A stretch of 64,000 bases of DNA from an uncultured cyanobacterium (lineage in GTDB: Bacteria; Cyanobacteriota; Cyanobacteriia; CAKZMO01): positions 130,287 through 194,286 of the forward strand of contig CAVRCJ010000007.1 in NCBI GenBank assembly GCA_963719515.1. Reading direction: 5' to 3'. The translations under genes were made by a program, and so were the position numbers. The notes beneath the pieces are model-generated. The model saw only the letters and a list, made by a program, of their open reading frames with translations, did not search any database and was not told the DNA's origin. Of the stretch, positions 11,361 through 22,302 are shown piece after piece (the stretch's first letter is position 1; each line of letters begins with the position of its first letter).

Positions 11361-13427
11361 ATGGGTAAGGTTGTTGGAATTGATTTAGGAACAACAAACT
11401 CAGTTGTCGCTGCGATGGAAGGCGGCAAACCGGTTGTCATTGCCAACGCCGAGGGTATGCGCACCACCCCATCAGTGGTGGCCTTTAGTAAAGAGGGTGA
11501 ACTGCTTGTGGGGCAAATGGCCCGCCGTCAGGCTGTCCTCAACCCGCAGAACACTTTCTTTGGCGTCAAGCGCTATATCGGTCGCCGCTATGTGGAGCTG
11601 TCCCCCGAATCCAAGCGGGTGCCCTATACTCTGCGTCGTGACGACGACAATCAAATCAAGATTGCCTGCCCCCGGCTTAAAAAAGAGTTTTTTCCAGAAG
11701 AGCTCTCGGCCATGGTGCTCCGTAAGCTGGCCAATGAGGCGGAGCGCTATTTGGGCGAAGAGGTGACGGGAGCCGTGGTTACGGTGCCCGCCTACTTTGA
11801 CGATGCCCAGCGGCAGGCCACCCGCGACGCCGGACGAATTGCCGGGCTGGAGGTGAAGCGAATTATCAATGAGCCCACGGCGGCGGCGCTTGCCTACGGA
11901 CTCGAGCGAAAAGACTACCGGCGCATCCTGGTGTTTGACCTGGGGGGCGGCACTTTCGACGTGTCGATTTTAGAGCTAGACAACGGCGTCTTTGAGGTGA
12001 AGGCCACCAACGGCGATACCCAGCTGGGGGGCACCGATTTTGACCGCCGCATTGTCGACTGGCTGGCCGAGCAGTTTTTAGAAGCAGAAAAGATTGACCT
12101 GCGTCGCGATCGCCAAGCGCTGCAGCGGCTGTTAGAGGCGGCAGAGAAAGCGAAAATTGAGCTATCTGGCGTCACGGCCACCGAAATTAGCCTGCCGTTC
12201 ATTACCGCCACCGCCGATGGCCCCAAGCACCTAGAAGCCCGGCTGACGCGCTCTCAGTTTGAGGGGCTGTGCGGGGATTTGATCAGCCGGCTGCAGGTGC
12301 CGCTGCAGCAGTCGCTGGCCGATGCAGCCCTTTCCTCTGGGCAAATTGACGAGGTCGTGCTGGTGGGGGGCGCAAGCCGTATGCCCATGGCCCAGGCGCT
12401 GGTAAACTCTCTGCTGGAATGCCCGACCTCCCAAAACGTCAACCCTGACGAGGTAGTAGCCATAGGCGCAGCTATTCAGGCCGGGGTGCTCAACCAAGAC
12501 ATCAAAGACATTCTCCTGCTGGACGTCACGCCCCTATCGATTGGTCTTGAAACCATCGGCGGCGTGATGAAAAAGCTGATTCCCCGCAACACCACCATCC
12601 CGGTACGCCGCTCAGACCTATTTTCCACCGCCGAGGACAACCAGACCTTCGTGGAAGTGCATGCAGTACAGGGAGAGCGGGAAATGGCGACCGACAACAA
12701 GACTCTAGGCCGCTTTAAGCTGATGGGCATTCCCCCCGCCCCTCGAGGTATCCCCCAAATTGCCGTATCTCTCGACATTGACGCCAACGGCATTTTGCAG
12801 ATTGTCGCGGTGGATAAAACCACAGGGCGGGAGCAGGGGCTCACCATTCAGGGAGCCTCTAACCTCAGCGACAGCGAAATTAACCGCATGCTTAAAGAAG
12901 CGCAAAAGTACGCTGACTACGACCGGGAACGCCGCGATCGCATCGAAAAGCGCAACAAGGCCGAGGCCCTCACCTTTCAGGCGGAGCGGAATCTGCGGGA
13001 GGTGGCCCTCGACTTCGGGATGCAGTTCGCCAATCAGTACCGGCGGCGCATCGAGTCGCTTATTGGGGAGCTGCGGGACTACCTTAAGCAAGATGACGAG
13101 CGGGGCATTGACATTGCCCAGGCCGATCTGCAGGATGCCCTCTATGAACTTAATCAGGAGGTCTACCAGGTTACCCAGCGCGATGAAGAGGACGATGGCA
13201 TTCTGGGCACCATCAAGCGCACCATCGTCGGCGAGCCCGACTTCTACGACGAGCCTTTTCCCCAAAGGGGCCGCGATCGCTACCCCGCCAACTACGACGA
13301 TTACTACGACAAGCCCCGCACTAAGTACCGGCGACCTTACGATGACGGCGGCGGCGCTCCCCCCCCTCGCCGCGATCGCTATTCCGGCAGCTATGACGAT
13401 TGGGATGACGACGACGACTGGCTCTAG
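11361..13427 (+). CDS. dnaK: Hsp70 chaperone DnaK (DnaK3 type, acidic DDWDDDDDW tail)
   Basis: [23 protein letters not shown]; long acidic/Tyr-rich C-terminus; followed by dnaJ. Confidence 0.95.
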   Translation: MGKVVGIDLGTTNSVVAAMEGGKPVVIANAEGMRTTPSVVAFSKEGELLVGQMARRQAVLNPQNTFFGVKRYIGRRYVELSPESKRVPYTLRRDDDNQIKIACPRLKKEFFPEELSAMVLRKLANEAERYLGEEVTGAVVTVPAYFDDAQRQATRDAGRIAGLEVKRIINEPTAAALAYGLERKDYRRILVFDLGGGTFDVSILELDNGVFEVKATNGDTQLGGTDFDRRIVDWLAEQFLEAEKIDLRRDRQALQRLLEAAEKAKIELSGVTATEISLPFITATADGPKHLEARLTRSQFEGLCGDLISRLQVPLQQSLADAALSSGQIDEVVLVGGASRMPMAQALVNSLLECPTSQNVNPDEVVAIGAAIQAGVLNQDIKDILLLDVTPLSIGLETIGGVMKKLIPRNTTIPVRRSDLFSTAEDNQTFVEVHAVQGEREMATDNKTLGRFKLMGIPPAPRGIPQIAVSLDIDANGILQIVAVDKTTGREQGLTIQGASNLSDSEINRMLKEAQKYADYDRERRDRIEKRNKAEALTFQAERNLREVALDFGMQFANQYRRRIESLIGELRDYLKQDDERGIDIAQADLQDALYELNQEVYQVTQRDEEDDGILGTIKRTIVGEPDFYDEPFPQRGRDRYPANYDDYYDKPRTKYRRPYDDGGGAPPPRRDRYSGSYDDWDDDDDWL

Positions 13428-13506
13428 ATCTGGGCTGATCTAGACGTCAATCTAGACTTTGAGGGTGCCGTAGAGGATGTATTACCGCTAAGCTGTTAGC
13501 TCATTC

Positions 13507-14487
13507 ATGCAGAATTTTCGCAATTATTACGACATTCTGGGCGTCTCTCAGGCCGCCACCGCAGAGGAAATTAAATCAGCCTATCGAAAACTGGCTCGGC
13601 GCTACCACCCTGATCTCAACCCCGGAGATGCCGCTGCCGAAGAGTCCTTCAAGGAAATCGGAGAAGCCTATGAAATTCTCTTTGATCCTGAAAGGCGCAC
13701 TCAGTACGATCAGTTCAGCCGCTTCTGGCGGCAAAAAGGTTTTGCAGAATCTCGGCGCAGGCGCAGCAGCGCCGATCCAGACTTTAGCCAATTCCAGGAC
13801 TTTGATACCTTTGTCGACCAGCTGCTCAATCGGCGGGGTGGGTCAGCCCCCAGCAATCGACGGCGCACCGTTCGCAGCGCTACTCCAGCAGATGCCAAGG
13901 CCTCTCCCCGCCGCGATCCCTACGAGCCCAAGCGCACCAAGAAAGCCTATACGATCAGCGCTCCCGCCCGCGGGCAGAAGGAGGATACTGACGCGCAGCT
14001 CATCCTGCCCCTAGAAAAGGCTTACCGAGGGGGTCCCGAGCGCATCCGTCTTGAAACGGGTCAGCGCCTCGAAATCACCTTGCCTTCCGGCGTGCGGGAT
14101 AAGCAGCGGATTAAATTTGCCCGTCAGGGCCTCAATGGGGGGGATCTGATCTTGCATGTGAACGTCGCGGCTCATTCGCTGTTTCGGCTAGTGGGGCAAG
14201 ACGTGGTTTGTGCGATTCCGGTGACGCCGAGCGAAGCCGTCTTGGGGGGTACCATCGCTGTTCCAACCCTAGATGGCCCTGTTAAGATGACGATTCCAGC
14301 CGGCATTTTCTCAGGTCAGCGCCTGCGGCTAGCCCGGAAAGGCTACCCAACCGAATCGGGGCGCGGAGACCAAATTGTAGAGCTTTGCATTACGCTTCCT
14401 AAGGCTATCAGCGCTCAGGAACAGGCGCTCTACGTAAAGCTTCGCCGCTTGGAGGCAGATCCCCGGACTCATTTACTGAACCCCTAG
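13507..14487 (+). CDS. dnaJ: DnaJ/CbpA-type co-chaperone without zinc finger
   Basis: J domain with YHPD, C-terminal peptide-binding domain (GDLIL, EAVLGG, GQRLRL). Confidence 0.9.
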   Translation: MQNFRNYYDILGVSQAATAEEIKSAYRKLARRYHPDLNPGDAAAEESFKEIGEAYEILFDPERRTQYDQFSRFWRQKGFAESRRRRSSADPDFSQFQDFDTFVDQLLNRRGGSAPSNRRRTVRSATPADAKASPRRDPYEPKRTKKAYTISAPARGQKEDTDAQLILPLEKAYRGGPERIRLETGQRLEITLPSGVRDKQRIKFARQGLNGGDLILHVNVAAHSLFRLVGQDVVCAIPVTPSEAVLGGTIAVPTLDGPVKMTIPAGIFSGQRLRLARKGYPTESGRGDQIVELCITLPKAISAQEQALYVKLRRLEADPRTHLLNP

Positions 14488-14534
14488 GATGGCTCAGCGG
14501 CTGTATCGCTCAGCGAAGGCGTGGCCTAGCGCGC

Positions 14535-14640
14535 ATGGCCCAGAGTATATGGCCAAATGTATATGGCCCAGAGTATATGGCAAATGTGGATGGCTCAATG
14601 TCCACAGCCCAGAGCGTATAGCTCAGAGTGTAGGACTCAA
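14535..14640 (+). repeat. Degenerate ~14-bp tandem repeat (ATGGCCCAGAGTAT), ~7-8 units
   Basis: atggcccagagtat atggccaaatgtat atggcccagagtat atggcaaatgtgg atggctcaatgtcc ... Confidence 0.75.
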
Positions 14641-14783
14641 AAGGCGAGGCCGTGAAGCCTTGCAGTAGTTGCTACAATTTTCAGGGGATAAGTTCAGCTC
14701 GGCCAAACGTATACTGCCAAAGCAGCGCTTTAGATAACGCTAGGTCGGTTTGAACAAGTTGCCATACAAATCGTTGTGAGCCC

Positions 14784-15002
14784 ATGGAGGTACCGATGGA
14801 ACCTGCTCAGGTCAATTGTGCTGTTGACTGCGTTAACGGCTGCGTCTTAGGAGAGAACTGTCCAAACTTAGAACATAAAGAGCGGGCAGCAGACTTCATT
14901 CAGCAGACGTCTCTTGACGATATGCTTGCGATCGCCGACGAGGCGGTCAAGAAGAAAATGACTGAACCCCCAAAGTGGGTGTTTCCAGAGGATGGGATTT
15001 AG
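14784..15002 (+). CDS. Small Cys-rich hypothetical protein
   Basis: C-x3-C-x3-C-x5-C motif (NCAVDCVNGCVLGENCP); GGAGG precedes the second ATG at 14796. Confidence 0.7.
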   Translation: MEVPMEPAQVNCAVDCVNGCVLGENCPNLEHKERAADFIQQTSLDDMLAIADEAVKKKMTEPPKWVFPEDGI

Positions 15003-15031
15003 GGCCAGAGATTGGAAGTAACGGACGACTC

Positions 15032-15817
15032 TTACGGGTCAGAGCGTAGAGTTTGCTGAGGAGACAGCACAGCGCTCATCTCGTCTAGGCCTCGCTGAAT
15101 CCTGCGGGTTACGGTCATGGGGCTAACGCCAATTCGCTCAGCAACGTCTTTGCGGGACATGCCCTTTAAAAACACGGCCTCGATGATCGTGCGGGTTTTT
15201 CCTTCCAGCTGACCTAGCGCCCGGTGAATGAGCTGCCGGTCCTCTTCTAGACGCTGGAGGACTTGATAGTCCAAATCGGGCAGGGTATCCCCTAGGGTGA
15301 TGGCAGAGTCTGTTTGGTGAGAGATCGTCGCGTCGAGGCTGAGGGGCGAGCGGTTCTTGATTGCCAGCCGGGCTTCTCGCCATTCGCCAACGGAAACGCC
15401 AAGCGCCTCGACGACCTCTTGCTCTAAAGGCTGGCGGCCCAGCTCCTTCGCGAGTCGCGCCTGCTGCTTTTGCCCTTCCTTCTGTAGATCCTGCCAGCGG
15501 CGGGGCACTCTAACAGCACTACCGCGATCGCGCAGGAAGTGCAGCATCTCGCCCCGGATGTAGGGGACGGCGAAGGAGCTGAAGGCGCAGCCTTGGGTGG
15601 GGTCGAAGCGCTCGATAGCCCGAATCAGGCCGATGTGGCCGATCTGCTCTAGATCTTCGTAGGGCTCGGCGCACTGATGGCTAATGCGGTGGGCAATCTT
15701 GCGAACCAGGCCCGTATTGAGTCGGACAAGCCGGTTGCGCAGCTCTGTGGTTGGGTTCTGGTGGTAGGCCATCAAGAGCTCCATGCTCTTAGTGCGGACA
15801 GAGGAGAGAGTCGCCAT
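15032..15817 (-). CDS. sigF: Group 3 RNA polymerase sigma factor SigF
   Basis: DLEQIGHIGLIRAIERFDP, FSSFAVPYIRGEMLHFLRD, region 4 HTH (VAERIGVSPMTVTR). Confidence 0.88.
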   Translation of the reverse strand: MATLSSVRTKSMELLMAYHQNPTTELRNRLVRLNTGLVRKIAHRISHQCAEPYEDLEQIGHIGLIRAIERFDPTQGCAFSSFAVPYIRGEMLHFLRDRGSAVRVPRRWQDLQKEGQKQQARLAKELGRQPLEQEVVEALGVSVGEWREARLAIKNRSPLSLDATISHQTDSAITLGDTLPDLDYQVLQRLEEDRQLIHRALGQLEGKTRTIIEAVFLKGMSRKDVAERIGVSPMTVTRRIQRGLDEMSAVLSPQQTLRSDP

Positions 15818-16043
15818 AACTGAAAACCTTGACTGTGTTGCACCTATTCTCTTCAGTTTTCGGCATACGGAGCAGCGTCATTTCACGGTAATGCTTCAGA
15901 AAGATTTATAGGGTTTCCGCAGATATACCGATTTGTTTCAAAACGGTCGCCAATAGTACAATATGGAGCTGCACGGCTCGGATGAAAACGGTAGGCTCGA
16001 AAAAGGCGTCTGTGTTAGGGCAGTCTTGAGGATTATAGATTCC

Positions 16044-17166
16044 ATGTTAGACACAACAGAATTAAAGCGCGAGACGGAACTGTTGGCAGAGCGCCTGGGC
16101 AAAGCCCAGGACTATCTTTGACGTTCCTGCTCTGTCGGCAAAAATTCAGGATTTAGAGGCGCTTGCGACCCAGCCAGACTTCTGGGATGAGCAGTCTACC
16201 GCTCAGCAGACGCTGCAAACTCTGACCGATCTAAAGTCCAGTCTTCAACAGGTGAAAGACTGGCGAACTCAGCTTGACGACGCGGAGGCGGCGCTGGAGC
16301 TTCTTGAGATGGAGGCCGACGCCGCGCTAGAGGAAGAGGTTAGTCAAACGACGCAGCGCCTGGATCGGGAGCTAGAGCAGTGGGAACTCCAGCAGCTGTT
16401 GTCAGCGCCTTATGACAAGCACGGCGCTACCCTGAGCATCAACGCTGGGGCCGGCGGAACAGACGCCCAGGATTGGGCTGAAATGCTGTTGCGAATGTAC
16501 ACCCGGTGGGCCGAGCAGCATCGCTTTCGCGTTAGCTTAGCTGAGATCTCGGAGGGGGAAGAGGCCGGCGTCAAGTCAGCGACCCTTGAAATTGAGGGGC
16601 GCTACGCCTATGGCTACTTGAAAAGCGAGAAGGGTACCCATCGGCTGGTGCGCATCTCCCCCTTCAACGCCAACGGCAAGCGGCAGACCAGCTTTGCTGG
16701 GGTGGAGGTGATGCCCATTTTAGATACCTCTATCGATCTCGACATTCCCGAAAAGGATCTGGAAATTACCACCTCTCGCTCTGGCGGTAAGGGGGGGCAA
16801 AACGTCAACAAGGTGGAAACTGCCGTCCGGATCGCTCACCTGCCTACGGGACTGGCCGTTCGCTGCACCCAGGAGCGATCGCAGCTGCAAAATAAGGAAA
16901 AGGCGATGGCCCTGCTTAAGGCCAAGCTGTTGATCATTGCCGAAGAGCAGCAGACTCAGCGGATTGCTGACATCCGAGGAGATATGGTAGAAGCCGCCTG
17001 GGGAAATCAAATCCGCAACTACGTATTTCACCCTTACCAGATGGTCAAAGACCTTCGGACCCAGGTGGAAACCACCGCCGTAACCGACGTGATGGACGGC
17101 GAGCTCGATCCCTTTATCGAGTCATACCTACGGCAAGATACAGCAGTTTCTGAGACAACGCTCTAG
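16044..17166 (+). CDS. prfB: Peptide chain release factor 2 with programmed +1 frameshift
   Basis: ORF0 [10 protein letters not shown]...QDYL ends in CTT TGA C (16116-16122); +1 frame continues into SPF and GGQ motifs. Confidence 0.96.
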
Positions 17167-17232
17167 CATTTTGCAGTTCCGTTTGGTTTTGAGACGGCTT
17201 GGCTTGTTAAGCTATTGTTACAGTCACAGATT

Positions 17233-17469
17233 ATGGCCATGCCCAATCCAGATACTGCTCCAGTTTCCCCCTCAGAGTCCCCCGTATCTCAGCAGTCCCC
17301 TGACTCAGAGCCCCAGCCTGCCGCGACGCCTGCTGAACCGCCCCCGAGCTATGTAAAGCTTGCCATGCGCAATATGGTGCGCAAGGGCGGCACATCGCTG
17401 TTCCACTTTGCGCTGACGGCCAGTGCGCTGATAGGGGTGCTGATTGGGCTGTCTTACCTAACGCGGTAG
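17233..17469 (+). CDS. DUF3285-like small membrane protein
   Basis: PPPSYVKLAMRNMVRKGG followed by one TM helix; usual position between prfB and ybeY; start uncertain. Confidence 0.8.
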   Translation: MAMPNPDTAPVSPSESPVSQQSPDSEPQPAATPAEPPPSYVKLAMRNMVRKGGTSLFHFALTASALIGVLIGLSYLTR

Positions 17470-17523
17470 TTTGACCAAGTCACTTTCTGACTTAGGCGAG
17501 CGTCAGCCGGAAGGCGGTGCGGC

Positions 17524-18063
17524 ATGGCGATGACGGCTGTGGAGGTTGGACTGCAGCTTGACCCTGTCGATCTTGTGGCGACGGTAGTTGCCTCCAGCGT
17601 CGGGCATGATCCTATTGACGTGCTTGCCCCGGCTACTTGGGAGCAGTGGATGACTGACTGGCTAACCGGCCTGCAGTCCAATTTGCCTGCGGCTGCGGCC
17701 TATGAGCTAGGTCTCTTGCTGACCGACGACAACGGCATCCAGCAGTTCAACCGGGACTACCGGCATCAGGATAAGCCCACCGATGTGCTGTCCTTTGCGA
17801 CCCTTGAGGTCGAAGGTGCGCCCAGCTGGGCTCCCGATTGTCCGGTTTACTTAGGAGACATTGTGATCTCTGTAGAGACCGCCCACAAGCAGGCCTGCGA
17901 TCGCCACCACGCCCTAACCTACGAACTGGCTTGGCTAGCGGCCCACGGCCTCTTACATCTGCTAGGGTGGGACCATCCTGATGATGTTCAGCTGGAGGCA
18001 ATGCTGCTGCTGCAAGACAAGTTGCTCTCGTCGGTTAGTTTGTTCCCGTCAAATCAAGACTAA
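17524..18063 (+). CDS. ybeY: rRNA maturation endoribonuclease YbeY
   Basis: DKPTDVLSF, LGDIVIS, HGLLHLLGWDH. Confidence 0.95.
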   Translation: MAMTAVEVGLQLDPVDLVATVVASSVGHDPIDVLAPATWEQWMTDWLTGLQSNLPAAAAYELGLLLTDDNGIQQFNRDYRHQDKPTDVLSFATLEVEGAPSWAPDCPVYLGDIVISVETAHKQACDRHHALTYELAWLAAHGLLHLLGWDHPDDVQLEAMLLLQDKLLSSVSLFPSNQD

Positions 18064-18273
18064 ATTCGTAAATGGTTCAGATAAAGCAGCATGACGGATA
18101 CGAAGCTAGCATATCTGTATATAGTTCTAAGTACATCGTTGTAGATACAGCTCCGAGCTTTACCCGTCAAGTTGTAGGGGTGTTGCGCCAGCGCAGCCCT
18201 ACCGAGAGCGCTCCCCCCTCAAGCGCTATTGCTCGATACAGTTCTTGTCTAAGTTAAACGCTTTATTTAAGTC

Positions 18274-18762
18274 ATGTCTCAGCAACTTTCAACCGACTCT
18301 CGCGACATCGCTAATTCATCGCTTGAGCCGCCGCGGACGGACCTTAAGCAGGCTGAGGAGCGAGACCTCTCTTGGCAAGTTGCATCCAACCTGTTTGTAA
18401 GCTTTCGGTACGCCTGGGCGGGAGTGACCTACGCCTTTCGAACTCAGCGAAACTTTCGCGTCCATAGTCTTATCGGTGTGGTGGCGATCGCTCTGGGACT
18501 ATGGGTGCAGCTCGCGCGCGGCGAAATGGCGGTTATCGAGCTGACGATTGGAGTGGTAATGGCAATGGAGCTAGTGAATACGGCTGTTGAGGCCGTTGTT
18601 GATTTGGCGGTGGAGAATACTTACCACGAGCTCGCGAAGGTCGCGAAGGACTGCGCCGCCGGAGCCGTGCTAATCTCTGCGATAGCGGCGCTTGTGGTGG
18701 CCGGATCGCTGCTGCTACCGCCGCTGATCGATAAGGTTACCGCGATCGCCCTGTCGTATTGA
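18274..18762 (+). CDS. dgkA: Diacylglycerol/undecaprenol kinase family protein
   Basis: QRNFRVH, ELVNTAVEAVVDL, AKDCAAGAVL. Confidence 0.9.
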   Translation: MSQQLSTDSRDIANSSLEPPRTDLKQAEERDLSWQVASNLFVSFRYAWAGVTYAFRTQRNFRVHSLIGVVAIALGLWVQLARGEMAVIELTIGVVMAMELVNTAVEAVVDLAVENTYHELAKVAKDCAAGAVLISAIAALVVAGSLLLPPLIDKVTAIALSY

Positions 18763-18878
18763 GCCAAAATCACCGCCTAGTCGAGACGCGAGCCGAGAAG
18801 CTTGTGGGCTAAAGCGCGGTTGATAGAGGCTCCTTACAAAAGGTCTACGATAAGGGTTAAAACACAGGGCGGCTGGCT

Positions 18879-19472
18879 ATGATCTTGGTGATAGACAACT
18901 ACGATAGCTTTACCTACAACCTGGTGCAGTACTTAGGCGAGCTGAGCGGTGAGTTTCCGGTTGCCTCAGATATTCAGGTGTTTCGTAACGACCAAATCAC
19001 CCTAGAGCAGGTGAAACGGCTGCAGCCAGACGGTGTTGTCATTTCGCCAGGGCCGGGCCGACCCGATGAGGCGGGTATCTCAGGCGCTTTGATCGAGGCG
19101 ATGGGCCGCAGCACCCCGGTGCTGGGGGTTTGCCTGGGCCACCAAAGTATTGGCCAAGTGTTTGGAGGGCGCATCGGCAGCGCGCCGGAGCTGATGCACG
19201 GCAAAACCTCGCCCATTCATCACCGGGGGCAGGGCGTCTTTGCGGGGCTAGATAACCCCTTTGAGGCAACGCGGTATCATAGTTTGGTCATTGATCCCGA
19301 CAGCTGCCCTGAGGTGTTAGAGGTGACGGCCTGGACCGATGACGGTACTATTATGGGCGTGCAGCACAAGGAATATCCCCACGTTCAAGGGGTGCAGTTT
19401 CATCCGGAGAGCATCCTGACGACGTCGGGAAAAGCTCTACTGGCTAATTTTTTGAAGGGGCTGAGGCCGTAA
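18879..19472 (+). CDS. trpG: Anthranilate/aminodeoxychorismate synthase component II
   Basis: [31 protein letters not shown]. Confidence 0.93.
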   Translation: MILVIDNYDSFTYNLVQYLGELSGEFPVASDIQVFRNDQITLEQVKRLQPDGVVISPGPGRPDEAGISGALIEAMGRSTPVLGVCLGHQSIGQVFGGRIGSAPELMHGKTSPIHHRGQGVFAGLDNPFEATRYHSLVIDPDSCPEVLEVTAWTDDGTIMGVQHKEYPHVQGVQFHPESILTTSGKALLANFLKGLRP

Positions 19473-19539
19473 GCTGCTTGCAAGCTCCTTCGAGCGCGAT
19501 TTCCTGCCATACTGCCTGCCCTTGACTAGGTGAGACGAT

Positions 19540-20292
19540 ATGAAGCGACGAAAGTTTTTTCAATATGCCGGAGCTGGAGCGATCGCCACGCTGGGGCTAT
19601 CCCGAGGCCAGCGGGCTCAGGCCCAATCCTCTAGCGTGACCATTGAGTGGCTGGGGCACACCTGCTTCCTTTTCAGCGGTGGACAGCGTATTTTGGTCAA
19701 CCCGTTTCGTCCCGCTGGCTGTACCGCCGGATACCGAGCTCCCCAGGTGGCGGCAGACGTGGTCATGACCAGCAGCAAGCTGTTTGACGAGGGCTGGACT
19801 GTAGACCTGCCTGGAAATCCTCGTAAGCTCAGTGAACCCGGCATCTATGAGCTCGCGTCAGGGCGCGTCGAGGGCATCACCGCTGACCACGATCGTCAAG
19901 GCGGACGCCGGTTCGGCACCAATATTTTATGGCGCTGGAGTCAGGGCGGGCTGACAATTTTGCACATGGGCGGAGCGGCAGCGCCCGTTACTGAAGAGCA
20001 GAGAATTTTGGTGGGCCGGGCCGATGTTGTCTTGATCCCCGTTGGGGGAGGGCCCAAAGCCTACGCTCCCCAGGAGGCCAAAGCCGCTATCGAGCGTATC
20101 GGACCCAAAATTGTCATCCCTACCCACTACCGCACTGCCGCCGCTGATGCTGCCTGCGACCTCCAACCCCTAGATGATTTCCTCTCCATCATGGATGCCC
20201 CCGTGCGCCAGGTCGGCAGTCGCGCTTCCTTCAGCTCCGCTTCACTGCCCGAAAGCGGCTATCGAGTCGACGTCTTTGGGTACAACTTCTAG
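19540..20292 (+). CDS. Tat-exported MBL-fold metallo-hydrolase-like protein
   Basis: KRRKFFQY Tat signal; WLGHTCF, LHMG, IPTHY; canonical HxHxDH is degenerate. Confidence 0.8.
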   Translation: MKRRKFFQYAGAGAIATLGLSRGQRAQAQSSSVTIEWLGHTCFLFSGGQRILVNPFRPAGCTAGYRAPQVAADVVMTSSKLFDEGWTVDLPGNPRKLSEPGIYELASGRVEGITADHDRQGGRRFGTNILWRWSQGGLTILHMGGAAAPVTEEQRILVGRADVVLIPVGGGPKAYAPQEAKAAIERIGPKIVIPTHYRTAAADAACDLQPLDDFLSIMDAPVRQVGSRASFSSASLPESGYRVDVFGYNF

Positions 20293-20319
20293 GGCTTTTA
20301 TTTAAGACTTCTTTGCAGA

Positions 20320-21648
20320 GTGATTATGCCTCAAATCGATCAGGGTGAATATCGGCAGCGGCGCGATCGCCTGATGGCGGCCATTGATGGCGGTACCGCT
20401 ATCTTCCGCAGCGCCTCCATGGCGGTAATGCACAACGATGTCGAATACAACTTCCGTCAGGACAGCGATTTCTACTATTTGACCGGCTTCAATGAGCCGG
20501 ACGCCGTAGCCGTATTTGCCCCCCACCACGAGGAGCATCGCTACGTGCTGTTTGTGCGGCCCAAAGATGCCCTCAAAGAAACCTGGTCGGGCTACCGGGT
20601 GGGGGTGGAAGCCGCCAAGGAGCGCTTTGGGGCTGACGAAGTCTATCCCATTGAAGAGCTAGACGAAAAGCTGCCTCAGTACCTGGAGAAAGCCGATCGC
20701 ATCTTCTACCGCATCGGCCGCGATCGCCCCTTTAACGACCGCGTGCTGCGCCACTGGCAGCGCCTCATGCGCAGCTATCCCAAGCGAGGCAGTGGCCCCA
20801 TCGCCATTGAAGACCCCGCCCCGCGCCTACATCCCCTGCGGCAGGTAAAAAGCGACGCTGAGCTAGCGCTGATGCGGCGGGCTGCCGAGATTTCCGCTGA
20901 TGCCCACTGTAAGGCCATGGCGATCGCCCGACCGGGGCTATATGAGCGCGAAATTCAGACGGAGCTAGAGTACGCCTTCCGCAAGCAGGGGGCTGCAGGA
21001 CCGGCCTATCCCTCCATTGTGGCGTCAGGGGCCAACGCCTGCATTCTCCACTACACCGAAAATGAGTCTCAGCTTCAGAATGGCGACCTGCTGCTGGTGG
21101 ATGCGGGCTGCGTCTGCGACTACTACAACGCCGACATCACCCGTACCTTTCCCGTGGGCGATACCTTCACCCCGGAGCAGCGTATTCTCTACGAGCTAGT
21201 GCTCACGGCCCAGGAGAAGGCGATCGCCCAGGCCGTTCCCGGCAACGCCTACAGCGCGGTACACGATACTGCTGTCCAGGTGCTCGTAGAGGGCCTTATT
21301 GACCTGGGACTGCTCAAGGGTAAGGCAGAGGACATCATCGAGAAGGAAGCCTACAAGCCCTTTTATATGCACCGTACGGGCCACTGGCTGGGGCTAGACG
21401 TTCACGACGTTGGGATCTATAAGCGGGGAGAAGAGCCGTTTAATCTAGCGCCGGGTCAGGTATTTACCGTGGAGCCGGGGCTGTATATTTCCCCGACAAT
21501 TGAGGCCGCAGAGGACCAGCCGGAGGTGCCGGAGCGCTGGCGCGGTATTGGAATTCGCATTGAAGATGACGTCTTGGTGACGGCTGAGGGACACGAGGTG
21601 CTGACGGCGGCGGTGCCCAAGGCGATGGAAGCTCTAGAGCACCGATGA
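20320..21648 (+). CDS. pepP: Xaa-Pro aminopeptidase P
   Basis: FRQDSDFYYLTG, DITRTFP, GHWLGLDVHD, TVEPG, GIRIEDD. Confidence 0.95.
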   Translation: MIMPQIDQGEYRQRRDRLMAAIDGGTAIFRSASMAVMHNDVEYNFRQDSDFYYLTGFNEPDAVAVFAPHHEEHRYVLFVRPKDALKETWSGYRVGVEAAKERFGADEVYPIEELDEKLPQYLEKADRIFYRIGRDRPFNDRVLRHWQRLMRSYPKRGSGPIAIEDPAPRLHPLRQVKSDAELALMRRAAEISADAHCKAMAIARPGLYEREIQTELEYAFRKQGAAGPAYPSIVASGANACILHYTENESQLQNGDLLLVDAGCVCDYYNADITRTFPVGDTFTPEQRILYELVLTAQEKAIAQAVPGNAYSAVHDTAVQVLVEGLIDLGLLKGKAEDIIEKEAYKPFYMHRTGHWLGLDVHDVGIYKRGEEPFNLAPGQVFTVEPGLYISPTIEAAEDQPEVPERWRGIGIRIEDDVLVTAEGHEVLTAAVPKAMEALEHR

Positions 21649-21694
21649 GTCCTGCTGAGACCTTCAGCCTTAGGACTCGAAGTCCTCAATAGCA

Positions 21695-22234
21695 TCACCC
21701 TCGGAGCTTCTGGGTGTTGGTTAGTAGGCTTTGCGCAAACTTGTCAAACCGCTCCCCAAGCTTTTCGTCCTTGAGGGTGCCGTCTTCTTCAAAGGCTTGC
21801 CACGCCTGCCCAATTGCAATTTGCTCGGGGATGACCCAGGCATGTACCCAGCGCATAATGAGCCGCAGTTCGTTGAGCGCGTTGCTGTTCGGCTGTCCGC
21901 CCAAAACGCTAATCAGCCCGGCTACTTTGCCGCTCAGCTCGTCAAAGCTCATTAGGTCCAGCGCGTTTTTAATCACGCCACTGACGCTGCCGTGATACTC
22001 CGGAGTCGCCAAAATTAGGCCGTCGGCCTGCTTCACCGCATTCTGCAGCACCGCCACATCAGGATGCTCGGGATAGCCCTCCCCCCCGTCGCAAAACGGC
22101 AGCGCCATGCTCCGCAGGTCGAGCACCTCTACTTCGGCCCCTAGGGCCTCAACTCGGGCGATCGCTAGGTGCAGCGCCTGCATACTGTGGGAGTCAGTTC
22201 GTAGGCTACCGCCAAGGCCAACAATTTTAGTCAT
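21695..22234 (-). CDS. NADPH-dependent FMN reductase
   Basis: GGSLR, ATPEYHGSVSGVIKNALD. Confidence 0.92.
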   Translation of the reverse strand: MTKIVGLGGSLRTDSHSMQALHLAIARVEALGAEVEVLDLRSMALPFCDGGEGYPEHPDVAVLQNAVKQADGLILATPEYHGSVSGVIKNALDLMSFDELSGKVAGLISVLGGQPNSNALNELRLIMRWVHAWVIPEQIAIGQAWQAFEEDGTLKDEKLGERFDKFAQSLLTNTQKLRG

Positions 22235-22302
22235 CTGAAAATTTTTCGGTGTGAACGTCTATGGGAAAAGTATCATTCTACTTCAGGATACAAATCAATC
22301 TA

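Noticed and set aside
14535..14640. Possible CRISPR array
   Set aside because: Contiguous short degenerate units with no spacers and no cas genes.
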